Made by a program: the position numbers and the translations under genes. Below the pieces are notes generated by a model. That model did no database searches. It saw only the letters and a list, made by a program, of their open reading frames with translations, and was not told the origin of the DNA. Positions 11,129-21,215 of a stretch of 45,362 nucleotides of DNA are shown here, one piece after another. The stretch's first letter is position 1; every line of letters begins with the position of its first letter. The stretch comes from an uncultured Nitrososphaeraceae archaeon (GTDB taxonomy: Archaea; Thermoproteota; Nitrososphaeria; Nitrososphaerales; Nitrososphaeraceae): positions 1 to 45,362 of the forward strand of contig CAWGVG010000059.1 in assembly GCA_963825865.1 (NCBI GenBank), read 5' to 3'.

Positions 11129-11639
11129 TAGTGATGATACCGTTCTTCTTTTGGGGTTTATTATTCATAAGACTATGGTTGGTCTAGATCACTAAAGTTG
11201 ACAATCCTTATAAAACGATCTCAAAAGTCACAGCTGGTAGGGGGTTGGCAAGTTAAAGAAGGTATTGCTTTAAAAAAATCATTGGTTTGAACAAATCAAA
11301 GCAATATTGACGTAAGGAAAGAAAGGACGAATAAACAATAGCAAGTTCAGAAATAAAGTTTTGCTTTCTATGGAAGTAATGCAGTGCTAAAATCGGAGGG
11401 TTTGTATCGGATCAAGACACATATAATCTGGTGCTAATTTATTTCGTATAACTATCAAGCATATCAAATGATGTGAAATTACTCATTTATATATTGACAG
11501 TATATAATTACTATAATTTAGTAACATATGTAATACTAAAGCAAGTTTTGCTCTGTCATGTGTTAAATCATAACCGTCATAATACTGCCATATGGATATA
11601 CAAGTCCGATAAGCGGAATATACTACCCGCCATATAATA

Positions 11640-12802
11640 AGTCAAGTGTCATAACTAATGTCGTCATACCATCTTCCAAATCGTTTGTCCAAATATTCTG
11701 ATACTGGAGCTTTCTGGTCTTCCATATGTTCATAGAATCTATTCGCACATACATCTGACTTTATTTGCTGGTTTACTTTCCTTTCATTCGGATTTAGGTA
11801 TGGTGCTTTCTTTGGAAGGTGGATTATGGTCAGCCAGTCTTCTTTCTCTGTGCATTGATATAATTCCGTACCATTAGGCTTACATGATATGAAGCGTTAT
11901 CCCATATGAGTACCAGTCTTTTCCACCAATCATTTTTCATAATGTTTGTCTTGAGATTCTCTAGATGGTCGATAGTATTCGTAGAATCCATTTTATCATA
12001 GAAATCATACGTCATTAATTTCTCTTCAGGCCATACCATGGATATGTATGCAGAGAACTTCTTTCTACTACCAGTATGTTCTATCCTTTGTTGCTCACCT
12101 TCAAAACTCATGGATTTTCGAATACAAGGTTTCTGTGTTATAATAGTCTCATCTTCAAATGCTACTACAACTCCCTTTTTTTCAGAGCTGAAGCTATCTG
12201 TTTGTAGTTTTGCACTTTCTCTTTTCCCTCTTCATAATCCTCTCCTCCATGTAGCAATTCCAGTTTTGGCCTTTTGCACCTAACTCCTAAATCTTTTGTT
12301 ATTCGCTGCAGGTGCTTGAAACTGATTGGAATTCCTAGCTCATTTGTCAGACAGTTTGCAAGTGATCTCAGACTCCATGTATTTCTAAGATAACCAAAGA
12401 TGTGCGGGTCGTTAAATAATGCTGATAGAATAATCTCTCTGTTTTCATCTGTTATGCCAGATTTTGTTCCGCCAGGTTTCTTCATCTTTATTCTATCTAT
12501 CCCACTTTGGATATAGGCAGCAACCCATCTCTGTACAGACCTGCTGCTGACTCCGTGTTCATTTGCTATGTCTTCGTAAGTTCTACCTTCAGCTTTTTGG
12601 AGTATAGCCAGTAGCCTGCGGTATTCTTTTTTGTTACCCGTATTCTTCATAAATGACTTTAATTTGTTCCTCTGTCCTATGGTAAGTTTGAGTTTGAAAG
12701 GATGATTCACAGAATGAAAATATCTCATTTACTAAGCTTTAACTATTTCCAAATCTAGGTTATGTAATGAACAAATAACGACATAAATTCAGACACTTCA
12801 CT
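11640..12802 (-). mobile_element. IS630-family insertion sequence, 1163 bp
   Basis: Imperfect TIRs AGTCAAGTGTCATAACTAATGTCGTCA / TAACGACATAAATTCAGACACTTCACT, flanked by TA at 11638-11639 and 12803-12804. Confidence 0.9.
11642..12728 (-). CDS. IS630 transposase, split over three frames
   Basis: HTH ORF A 12165-12728. -1 shift at A7G (12176-12182) into VVAFEDE...WDNASYH. Second shift near 11840 into LPKKAPYLNPNE. DDE triad present. Confidence 0.88.
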
Positions 12803-13044
12803 TAGGATCCCCATGAGTGAGTACGTTGTCTGAATTTTTCTTTTTTTCGGAGGAAGGTGATAAAAAGAAAACATAGCTAGAGAAATTTGTACTATGTCAC
12901 AGACGTGTGACAATCGAGGAAGGACGATCTTCTCATCTGAGAAAAGAGTATGGGTTTTCCAGACGCTGACTAAGTTTGTTTAGATATTGCTTCATGACTT
13001 CTACATCGTTGTATCATACTGCTGACTTTTTTGCTAAGACTCAC

Positions 13045-14537
13045 TCAACCGCGTTGATATTCACTTAATCTATAGAAGTGCATTGCCAGCCTGAAAGCGT
13101 CAAACACGTCATCATATGATGTAGCTTCCTTATCCAGCACACCATCATTTTCCACTGCCGTTCTTAGCGACGTTATCAACTTGTCAAACTTTGGATTTAT
13201 TGCAATATAACCTCCATCTCTTTCCAAGAACATTTTGCAGTTTCCCAGCATAGATTTGTGTTGAGTTGAAAAGTTTACGGGGATGACATCCATGCCAAAC
13301 TCATAATTTTGTTTTCTGCTCTTTGCTTCCTTTATTATCTCCTCATATTCTTCGTCTTCTCCTATCTGTATCTTCAAGGCCCGTATGAATGAGGGGTTGG
13401 AGCCATCAATGTATATTTTGTTTATCTTGCCAAACCTCCTAAAGAGCTCCCACACGACAGATAGCATCTGGTTAAAGTCCGGCCTCTGATATTCCTCGGC
13501 ATGCATTATCTGTATCTGGTTGTCAGCTCGCTGAGTTATCACAATTCCAAAGGCCGGGTCTATGCCCATGGATTTCTGAGAAAATGAATTTATCTCATCT
13601 GGACTATATCCAGTACCTTTCTGTATCGCTGCTTCAATATCTTTGGTATGAAAGACATTTCCGATAAGTCCCAGGTATTTTAAATTGTACTCCCTTTCAA
13701 ATGACGGCGAGGCTTTGGCTTTGTCTATTTCTTCTTGAGTGTATATTTTACCAAGTCCATAAGTGTAATCCAAGAGCAACCTTTTGTAAATGCAGGTTTC
13801 TTCATCTTCTTTTTCTATATGTTCAAACAAGCCGTCAGGAGCATTTGGCGTTGAGACCATCACAATGTAAGGGTCTGACTTTGCAATGTAACGCTCGGAA
13901 ACATGCCTGACATCTTCCTGCTCTCCTTTCCTGAAAAAGTCAGCTTCGTCTAGCAGTATGAACTTGGGGTTATCCAGCGCGCGATAAGCATCTATGTGGT
14001 TGGAAGGGTAAGCTTCAATTCTGCAGCCGTTTAACTCCAATACTGTTTCCTTATTTGCAAAAGTTAAACCTAACTTTCGCTCAAATAATCCTTTCATCCT
14101 TTTTATTAGCTTGATAGCAATGTCTATGTTAGGACCTGTTACTATGCACATCTGTGAATTTCTATAGTCATTGTTTCTCAGGCAAAGCCATGCCATAAAC
14201 CTGAGAAAAAATTCGGTAACACCAAGTCCAGTTGCCTTCTTTATCCACAGGTGCTTATCCTTGAAACCATGATTCAGGGGATTGCAAAAGTCTGGAGAGA
14301 GCAAAGCCTCATACAACAATTGCTGGTAATCGAAAATTGGCTTTTCTAAACCCTCTTTTGTCGGCAAGCCAATTATGTGATTAAAGCAGCACTCTCCTTT
14401 TGTTCTGACGTCTTCCAGCTTATGCTCTTGTGTGTTCCAAATCCAGAATGGTTTGTTCTGTAATTTGTCAAAATACTGTGTTTGTTGTTGCTGTTGATTG
14501 TGCAGCTTATCCTCTTCTTCAGATCCTTGAATGTCAT
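13045..14537 (-). CDS. Terminase large subunit-like ATPase-nuclease
   Basis: Q-motif FDYQ, P-loop KKATGLGVTE, Walker B ILLDEADF, motif III STPN, FEREY linker, RNase H-like GIDPA / YIDGS / DDVFDAF. Frame is open upstream of 14367 (NKPFWIW...CCFNHIIGLP). Probable start MTFKDLKKR at 14537 with a 1-nt shift near 14505. Confidence 0.85.
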
Positions 14538-14750
14538 TGTTGTTATGTTTCTTATCTACAGTAACAGCATAATCAACTTTATGTTTTTCTTTTTCTAATT
14601 ACGGTTCGAGAGAAGATGATGATTTGTCTGATACAAATTTTATGACATCATCAACTACTGTAGCATTAGTAAGTAAATCTAACTTCATCGAGTAACATTC
14701 TTTGGCTAATGACAAAACCTGTCTCTCTTCTCTGTTGTTTTCTGCTCGCT
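14468..14750 (-). pseudogene. 3' half of the TerS-like HTH gene, overlapping the TerL-like start
   Basis: AENNREERQVLSLAKECYSMKLDLLTNATVVDDVIKFVSDK. Internal TAA at 14599-14601, tail DIQGSEEEDK, and TTNTVF-stop after a 1-nt shift. Confidence 0.8.
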
Positions 14751-15451
14751 CTTGAGGCTATGTTATTACTAGCACAAAATATGTAAATCAGATAATAGTT
14801 GTGCAATTGTTCCCAGAGGATATAATAAACTGACTTATAGACCATTTAAAGAAACAGCATCAAGAATCCCCTCCACCTGTAAGGAGGTTTGCATTAACAT
14901 CAATAGCATAATGGTTTATGCTTAAAAGGCTTTGCTTCAAAGGGTGCAGTCAGCCATATCTTTCCTAGTGCATCGAGAGTATTACCGGTTTTCTTAACCT
15001 ATCTGCTGCTTTCTACTTCTTCCTCACTTGTATTGGTACTCTCAGATCCAATTTTATTGGGATTATTAGGTTGTGTTTGTGATTGTTTAGGATTACGCAG
15101 ATATTTCTCTGCCATTTTTAAAGTTTGGATAACTGCTTCGTCAATTTGTTTTACAGTTTGATCCATATCTCCTGTTCCAAACGATCGGCTTTCTATGTAT
15201 GTATACTTAAAAGTTGCATCAATCTCATTTAGTCGCCGCAGAAATCCAAGGAAAATAACATTCACATTCATTAATGTAGTGAGATCTTCACGTGCGTTCT
15301 GGCGCGGATTATTAAAAAACATAGTGATGAGGATTCCAAATAGGCCGGCACCGCCTGGGATGATCCAGGTTTCGAGTTTTTCTGGTTTCTGTGTGAGCTG
15401 TATAATTGCCAATGATATTAGAAAGAGACCCACGATGACAATAATAATATT

Positions 15452-16497
15452 AGATCTCTTGTGTAATTAGAAGCTTAGAGCTATATTCCTCTTCACATAG
15501 GATATCTATCTGACAAGCTCTTTGATGTCCTATAGCAAATTATGTAAGAAACCTTTGATATTCAGGTCATTTACCGGAGTAACTGTATCTGAATTTGAAT
15601 CCATTTGTAACGAAATTGAACATAACTACGAAGAGCACGAAAGAAGACGTCTTCTATCAAGGATGAGAATACGGGATATAGGTGCTGGTAGACCATTTAA
15701 GCTTAAAGTTAAAGAAAGATTCGTTATGCTTCTAGTATACTACAGATTATACATTACATATACATTATCAGGATTTCTGTTTGACCTTGATCAAAGCAAT
15801 GTTTGTAGAGATATATCAATGATGGAACCACTTATCAAGGAGTGTATTCCATTGCCAAAGAAGATATACAAACGTACTAGGAGATTAAGAACTATAGATG
15901 AAGTAGAAGAGTACTTTCCTGGATTCAAGGCTTTCATAGACTCTACAGAACAAGAAATTCCAAGACCTAAGAACAAAAGAAGAAGGAAGAGTTACTATTC
16001 AGGTAGAAAGAAGAAACATACTGTCAAGACACAATTGATGGTAAACAGTGAAGGATTGATACTGCATAAGACAGGTCACAGAAGTGGAAGAAAACATGAT
16101 TATGACATTTACAAACACAATCATTCTATAACTCCATCACAAGTTGAAAACATAGTTGATCTTGGTTATCTTGGCATTGAAAAGGACTTTCCCACTGTAA
16201 AGTCTGTACTTCGTATCAAAAAGAAAAAGGGTACATTGCTTTCATGTGATGAAAGAACTTACAACAAGAATCATTCTAGGCTAAGGATCATAGTAGAACA
16301 TACCATATGTAAGATCAAAAAGTTTGGAATAATGGGTACTAAATTTAGAAACAGATTAAGGAAGTACAATAACGTATCTGATATAATATCCGGTCTCCTG
16401 AACTTCAGAGTTATACAGTCTGACAGCATTTCAATCTAAGAAGACGGCTAAAACAAGTAGGGTGTTAGACTATAGCTGCTAATTACGCAAGAGATCT
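15452..16497 (+). mobile_element. IS5-family-like insertion sequence, 1046 bp
   Basis: TIRs AGATCTCTTGTGTAATTAG / CTAATTACGCAAGAGATCT (18/19). ATT duplication at 15449-15451 and 16498-16500. Confidence 0.93.
15522..16439 (+). CDS. Transposase (HTH_Tnp_4 + DDE_Tnp_4 type)
   Basis: Close paralogue of 9032-9952. FIDSTEQ, VDLGYLG, RIIVEH. Confidence 0.92.
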   Translation: MMSYSKLCKKPLIFRSFTGVTVSEFESICNEIEHNYEEHERRRLLSRMRIRDIGAGRPFKLKVKERFVMLLVYYRLYITYTLSGFLFDLDQSNVCRDISMMEPLIKECIPLPKKIYKRTRRLRTIDEVEEYFPGFKAFIDSTEQEIPRPKNKRRRKSYYSGRKKKHTVKTQLMVNSEGLILHKTGHRSGRKHDYDIYKHNHSITPSQVENIVDLGYLGIEKDFPTVKSVLRIKKKKGTLLSCDERTYNKNHSRLRIIVEHTICKIKKFGIMGTKFRNRLRKYNNVSDIISGLLNFRVIQSDSISI

Positions 16498-17938
16498 ATT
16501 GACTCCCATTGCGAAATAGAAGTTACGTCTAGCTTGAGTAATTGTATCATGAAAGGTATCTTTGATGGCTTGCTCTGATTGTTCCAAGAGTCTGTCCAAC
16601 GTTTCAAGTGTATTTCGCCGTTGACTTATTTTCTGAACCGCCGCCCAACCGCCTAAGTCTAACAAAATTTGCTCTGCTGCTCTGGCGCGTCTTTGATCTT
16701 CACTGACCAGCTCCTTAGCAAGTACCTGAGTTGAAAGTGTCCGGTCATGATCAATTAATCGTAGGGCCTCTACTAAGTGATTCAACCATGCTTCTTCAAT
16801 CCCTTCTTTTAGAGCGTATTGCACGATGCTAGGCACTGCTTCATCTTTCAGTACCAACTTCAAAGCTTTGGAAGCCTGCACTCGAACCTCTGCATTATCA
16901 TCGCGGAGGGCGGAAATGAGATCCTCTTCCGAGTCAGGATGCCTAAGCCTAGCTAATGATTTTACAGCTTCAAGGCGAAGTGAGTCGTCTGGATCTTTTC
17001 TTACAGTCAATCCTAATTCGCGAACAACTTTTAAGTTGTCATCATTATCAGAACTCGGTGCATCTTTTAAGTCATAATTATATGAACCCAGTGCCTGTAT
17101 AGCAGCACGCTTGAGATAGTAGTTATCAGTCCTTTTTATTGAAATTATATCATCGACTAAGTCAGGTATAGGAAATTCGCGCATTGCTCGCAATGCGCGT
17201 GCAATAGGCCAATATTCATTAATTTTATTCATGCTTAACATATTTTTGACCTTTGTGGCGGCCTGTGCTCTAAGGTCGTCGTCAGCTAGTTCATGTTGTG
17301 TGAGGATCACCGAGGCTTCTGCCTGTGCGAGATAATCTTCTTCCTCATCCTTCCACATAATCTTGAGGATTGCAAGCAGTGCCTCTTTTTCGTTAGGAGA
17401 ATTAGCAAGATTGGCGATTGCTTTAAGTGCGAAGAAACGTGTGAATATATATTTTCGTTTCTCATCCCTAGTTTTTTCTGTTTTTAACATTTGAGCTAGA
17501 AACTCATATACTTCCTTTCCTCCAATAATCTCTAATACACTCGTTCCCCAAGCTCTAACCCGATCCTCTTTTTCTTGCTTTACAAATAGGATTGTTGGTT
17601 CAAGGAAGGAGTGTTTATCTTCTAAATCTTTGAATTCATCCATAGCTTTGTAGCCATAAATCCATCCAAAATCGAGCTTATCTTTACGAAACTCACCAAA
17701 GAGCCGACCAGGTGTCAGATCAGATCCTTCTTTGGGGACCCTTTGCTTGTTTATTTTAGTGTAGCCAACGCCTTTTCCTGATAACACGTTTTGACCATTC
17801 ATTTGATACTTGTAACCAATATTTAATAACGTACGTTTTTTCTATTGGTAATGGTAGTAGATATTTTGATGGTCAACTAAGACATATTTGTATTTGTAGA
17901 TAGGCAGCATCTATGAATAAATAAATAACTTCATCATA

Positions 17939-18020
17939 CCAAGGAGATTGCGGCAGAGATCGTCTTTCTGGCTAGTTCAGGCGTGTCCGACATCACGGCA
18001 TGGTGCTCGATGTCGCTAAT
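17939..18020 (+). pseudogene. SDR oxidoreductase C-terminal relic
   Basis: KEIAAEIVFLASSGVSDIT-(shift)-GMVLDVA matches SDR C-termini. Confidence 0.55.
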
Positions 18021-18085
18021 TATGGTATAAGTATCTCACTCAACTAACTCTTAACTTAAAGCCTACCATCACGAGTAAAAAAATC

Positions 18086-18167
18086 ATGAAAAAGCTTGAA
18101 GGAAAGATTGCAGTCATAACTGGCGGGAGCAGCGGCACAGGCCTCGCCACGGCACAGCGGTTCATTA
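18086..18167 (+). pseudogene. SDR oxidoreductase N-terminal relic
   Basis: MKKLEGKIAVITGGSSGTGLATAQRF (TGxxxGxG Rossmann motif), then decays. Confidence 0.75.
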
Positions 18168-18425
18168 GCTCTGATATGACACTGGTTTGATGGATGATCT
18201 TTCACATATTCATTGTAGCATCTGCAACACAGCTGTTAGTATTAGTAAGTAAACATCAAGTATTTGGATCAAGCTAAACCAATAGATATGATAGCTCATA
18301 AGTTACACAGCTGACCAAATCCTATCTACGTGAAGATGTATTTACAATGTATCTGTAGTGAGGATCTATATATATATACATGTAGAAACCATTATCTGAA
18401 ATGTCAGTCTAACTACTCTGATCCC

Positions 18426-19988
18426 ATGAAAACGATATTGGTATCATTATCTATATCTTTTGCATTGATATTGTCTCTTGTTACAGGTGGGGAGATGAAT
18501 GCTTCAGCTGCTTCTTTGATGTCTTCAACAACAACAACAACTACAACTACACCTATCAAACACCTTGTAGTCATCTTTCAAGAAAACATTTCGTTTGATC
18601 ACTATTTTGCTACCTATCCTTATGCTAAAAATCCAAATGGCCAACCCCGTTTTTCAGCTTCCCAAAATACACCATCGGTGAACAATCTCAACTCATCTGG
18701 ACTTTTAACTAGTAATACAAATGCCTATCAGCCATTTCGTTTCGACCGTTCGCAAGCTGTAACTTGTGATATGGATCATGATTATTTGGCTGAACAGAAG
18801 GCATATCACGGAGGACTATTAGATAAATTTGTAGAATTTACCGGTTCAACTGATCCTGGATGTAATCCAAATCAGGTTATGGGATATTATGATGGCAATA
18901 CTGTAACGGCACTATGGAACTATGCCCAGCATTTTGCAATGAGTGACAATTCATATAGCTCTACATTTGGACCATCAACACCAGGTGCCATTAATTTAGT
19001 TTCTGGTCAAACACATGGTGCTACAATCATCCCACCCAATGTTGCCGATGATAACGTTGTAAATGGAACCATTATAGCCGACCCGGATCCTAGGTTTGAC
19101 GATTGTTCGAAAGCACCTACAGCAGCTATGGTGCAAGGAAAGAATATAGGTGATCTTTTAAATGCCAAGGACATAACTTGGGGATGGTTTCAAGGAGGAT
19201 TCAAACCAACCAGTAGGATAGATGATGGCAAAGCCATTTGTGGTTCCACGCATAAGAACATTGCTAACAAGGACCAGAAAGATTACAGCGCCCACCACGA
19301 GCCTTTTCAGTATTACAAATCCACAGCAAATCCTCATCATCTTCCTCCTAAATCTATTGCAATGATTGGTAAGACTGCGGACCAAGCAAATCATCAATAT
19401 GACTCGAGTGATTTCTGGAATGCAGCAGCTGCAGGTAACATGCCATCTGTAAGCTTCTTGAAGGCTTCTAGATATCAAGACGGACATGCAGGAAATTCTG
19501 ATCCAATAGATGAACAGACATTCCTTGTTAATACCACCAACAAGTTGCAAGACCTACCAGAATGGAATAGTACTGCAGTAATAATAGCCTATGATGATTC
19601 AGATGGTTGGTATGACCATGTCATGCCTCCAATAGTTAGCCAATCAAATGACCCCAAATACGATGCTCTTCTTGGCTCTACCGGGCTCTGTGGGCATGCT
19701 CCTACAGGTGCTTATCAAGACCGCTGTGGATATGGGCCACGTCTACCATTATTGATAATATCCCCATATGCAAAAGTTAACTTCATAGACCACCAAATAA
19801 CTGACCAGACATCAATCCTTCGATTCATAGAAGATAACTGGAGTCTAGGACGAATTGGCAACCAATCCTTTGATGAAAAAGCTGGCGGACTTACAAATAT
19901 GTTTGACTTTACCAGCAACAGACATTTAGCAGATAAGCTCGTGTTGGATCCTTCAACTGGATTGAAAACAACATCAACAACAAACTAA
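18426..19988 (+). CDS. Secreted phosphoesterase (phospholipase C / acid phosphatase AcpA family)
   Basis: Signal peptide MKTILVSLSISFALIL. QENISFDHYF, FGPSTPGA, QDGHAG, YDDSDGWYDHV, GPRLPLLIISP motifs. Confidence 0.9.
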   Translation: MKTILVSLSISFALILSLVTGGEMNASAASLMSSTTTTTTTTPIKHLVVIFQENISFDHYFATYPYAKNPNGQPRFSASQNTPSVNNLNSSGLLTSNTNAYQPFRFDRSQAVTCDMDHDYLAEQKAYHGGLLDKFVEFTGSTDPGCNPNQVMGYYDGNTVTALWNYAQHFAMSDNSYSSTFGPSTPGAINLVSGQTHGATIIPPNVADDNVVNGTIIADPDPRFDDCSKAPTAAMVQGKNIGDLLNAKDITWGWFQGGFKPTSRIDDGKAICGSTHKNIANKDQKDYSAHHEPFQYYKSTANPHHLPPKSIAMIGKTADQANHQYDSSDFWNAAAAGNMPSVSFLKASRYQDGHAGNSDPIDEQTFLVNTTNKLQDLPEWNSTAVIIAYDDSDGWYDHVMPPIVSQSNDPKYDALLGSTGLCGHAPTGAYQDRCGYGPRLPLLIISPYAKVNFIDHQITDQTSILRFIEDNWSLGRIGNQSFDEKAGGLTNMFDFTSNRHLADKLVLDPSTGLKTTSTTN

Positions 19989-20205
19989 TCCAACCTTTGT
20001 CTCTTTTCTATTTTTCTTAAGCCAAGTCAAACTACAGAGAAGATTTTTCCATTAGATGAGTTCATTAATAAACTTCTTATCTTACTTATGAACTCAAGTA
20101 TACTTAGGTCGAGTTAGAAGAAATGAAAAAACTGGCAGGTAGAAGAAGGATAACAAATAATTTTATAGACAATCCACTTGGTATTTCGCTACCTCAAATT
20201 ATCTA

Positions 20206-20808
20206 TTAAAAAACTTGATTTGCTGTAGATGTCATAGTTATTTCGCCAGTTTCCTCTTCCTGTTTTTCTTCACCTACTTTATCGGACTTTTCATCATCGT
20301 CATCATCATAATCAGGTTCATTAGATTCCTTGTCGTCTTCATTGCTGCTATCTAAAGAACAAGAATTTTTTACTTGCTCTCTATCTTTATCTTTGTACTT
20401 TTCTGATACAAACCTAATAGCATCATCAACTACTGTTGCATTAGTAAGCAAGTCTAGCTTCATCGAGTAACACTCCTTGGCTAAAGATAAAGCCTGTATC
20501 TTCTCTCTCCTGTCTTCTGCCTGCTGCGAAGTACTCCATGCTTCTCTTAGAATTGCTGTCAATCCGACAAGACATTTCTCGTACTCTTCTGGCAGCCTTT
20601 CGTCAATGTATCTTTTGATATTGGACTTTGCCTGCTGCCTGAGGTACGACAAGTCCCTATTAACAGTACCATTTGATACCTGCAGTATCTGTGCTATCTC
20701 CCTCTGGCTGTGTCCTTGGCTGCTTAGCTCCTGGGCTTTACTCCTGCGCCAATCAATTCTACTACTGTCTTTTTCCTGTTTTCGTTTATGTTCAATTTGC
20801 AGGCTCAA
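20206..20808 (-). CDS. HTH protein, terminase small subunit-like (solo copy 2, intact)
   Basis: GHSQREIAQILQVSNGTVNRDLSYL HTH. Core nearly identical to copy 1. Acidic tail ending TANQVF. Confidence 0.75.
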   Translation of the reverse strand: MSLQIEHKRKQEKDSSRIDWRRSKAQELSSQGHSQREIAQILQVSNGTVNRDLSYLRQQAKSNIKRYIDERLPEEYEKCLVGLTAILREAWSTSQQAEDRREKIQALSLAKECYSMKLDLLTNATVVDDAIRFVSEKYKDKDREQVKNSCSLDSSNEDDKESNEPDYDDDDDEKSDKVGEEKQEEETGEITMTSTANQVF

Positions 20809-21215
20809 GTGTTCAATTTCACCATGCTTGTTTCAAATTGGCGTTCAATTTCTACGCTTGAAAGGCAATGCAAGTCCATAGTTTCCGCACTCATTTTAAT
20901 GGGCTGAACTTGTCTTTATTCGTTTTTGTAATAGATGTAAAAATAAGAATTTGACATATTTTCTCCAGATATCCAAAGGAAGATTATTAGACTTATCCTT
21001 CGCGACTAATGGAGCAGGTTAGTACGCTATTACCTTCTGACCGAAGTATAACGAAGTCCTATTGACGTGGATATATCTAGAATCAGGGAAGTTACGTAAG
21101 AAAGCAAGAAAGGTTATAATGAGATCTTTAATTTGATTCATACATCATTATTGCTTGATGGATTATAACAGCATCATTTCTACAAAGCCTATTTAGAATA
21201 ATTTATGGCGTAGTA

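Larger units (their letters stand above)
14999..17802 (-). pseudogene. HEAT-repeat protein with C-terminal two-TM domain, interrupted by an IS
   Basis: Removing 15452-16497 and one ATT rejoins ...YFAMGVN|IIIVIVGLFLISLA... in frame (584 aa). HEAT repeats e.g. LISALRDDNAEVRVQASKALK. Confidence 0.85.

Noticed and set aside
14215-14245. TerL P-loop lacks the GKT lysine, suggesting a dead ATPase
   Set aside because: Many terminases use a deviant KxxxxGx(T/S) loop with an upstream lysine, and the other motifs are intact.
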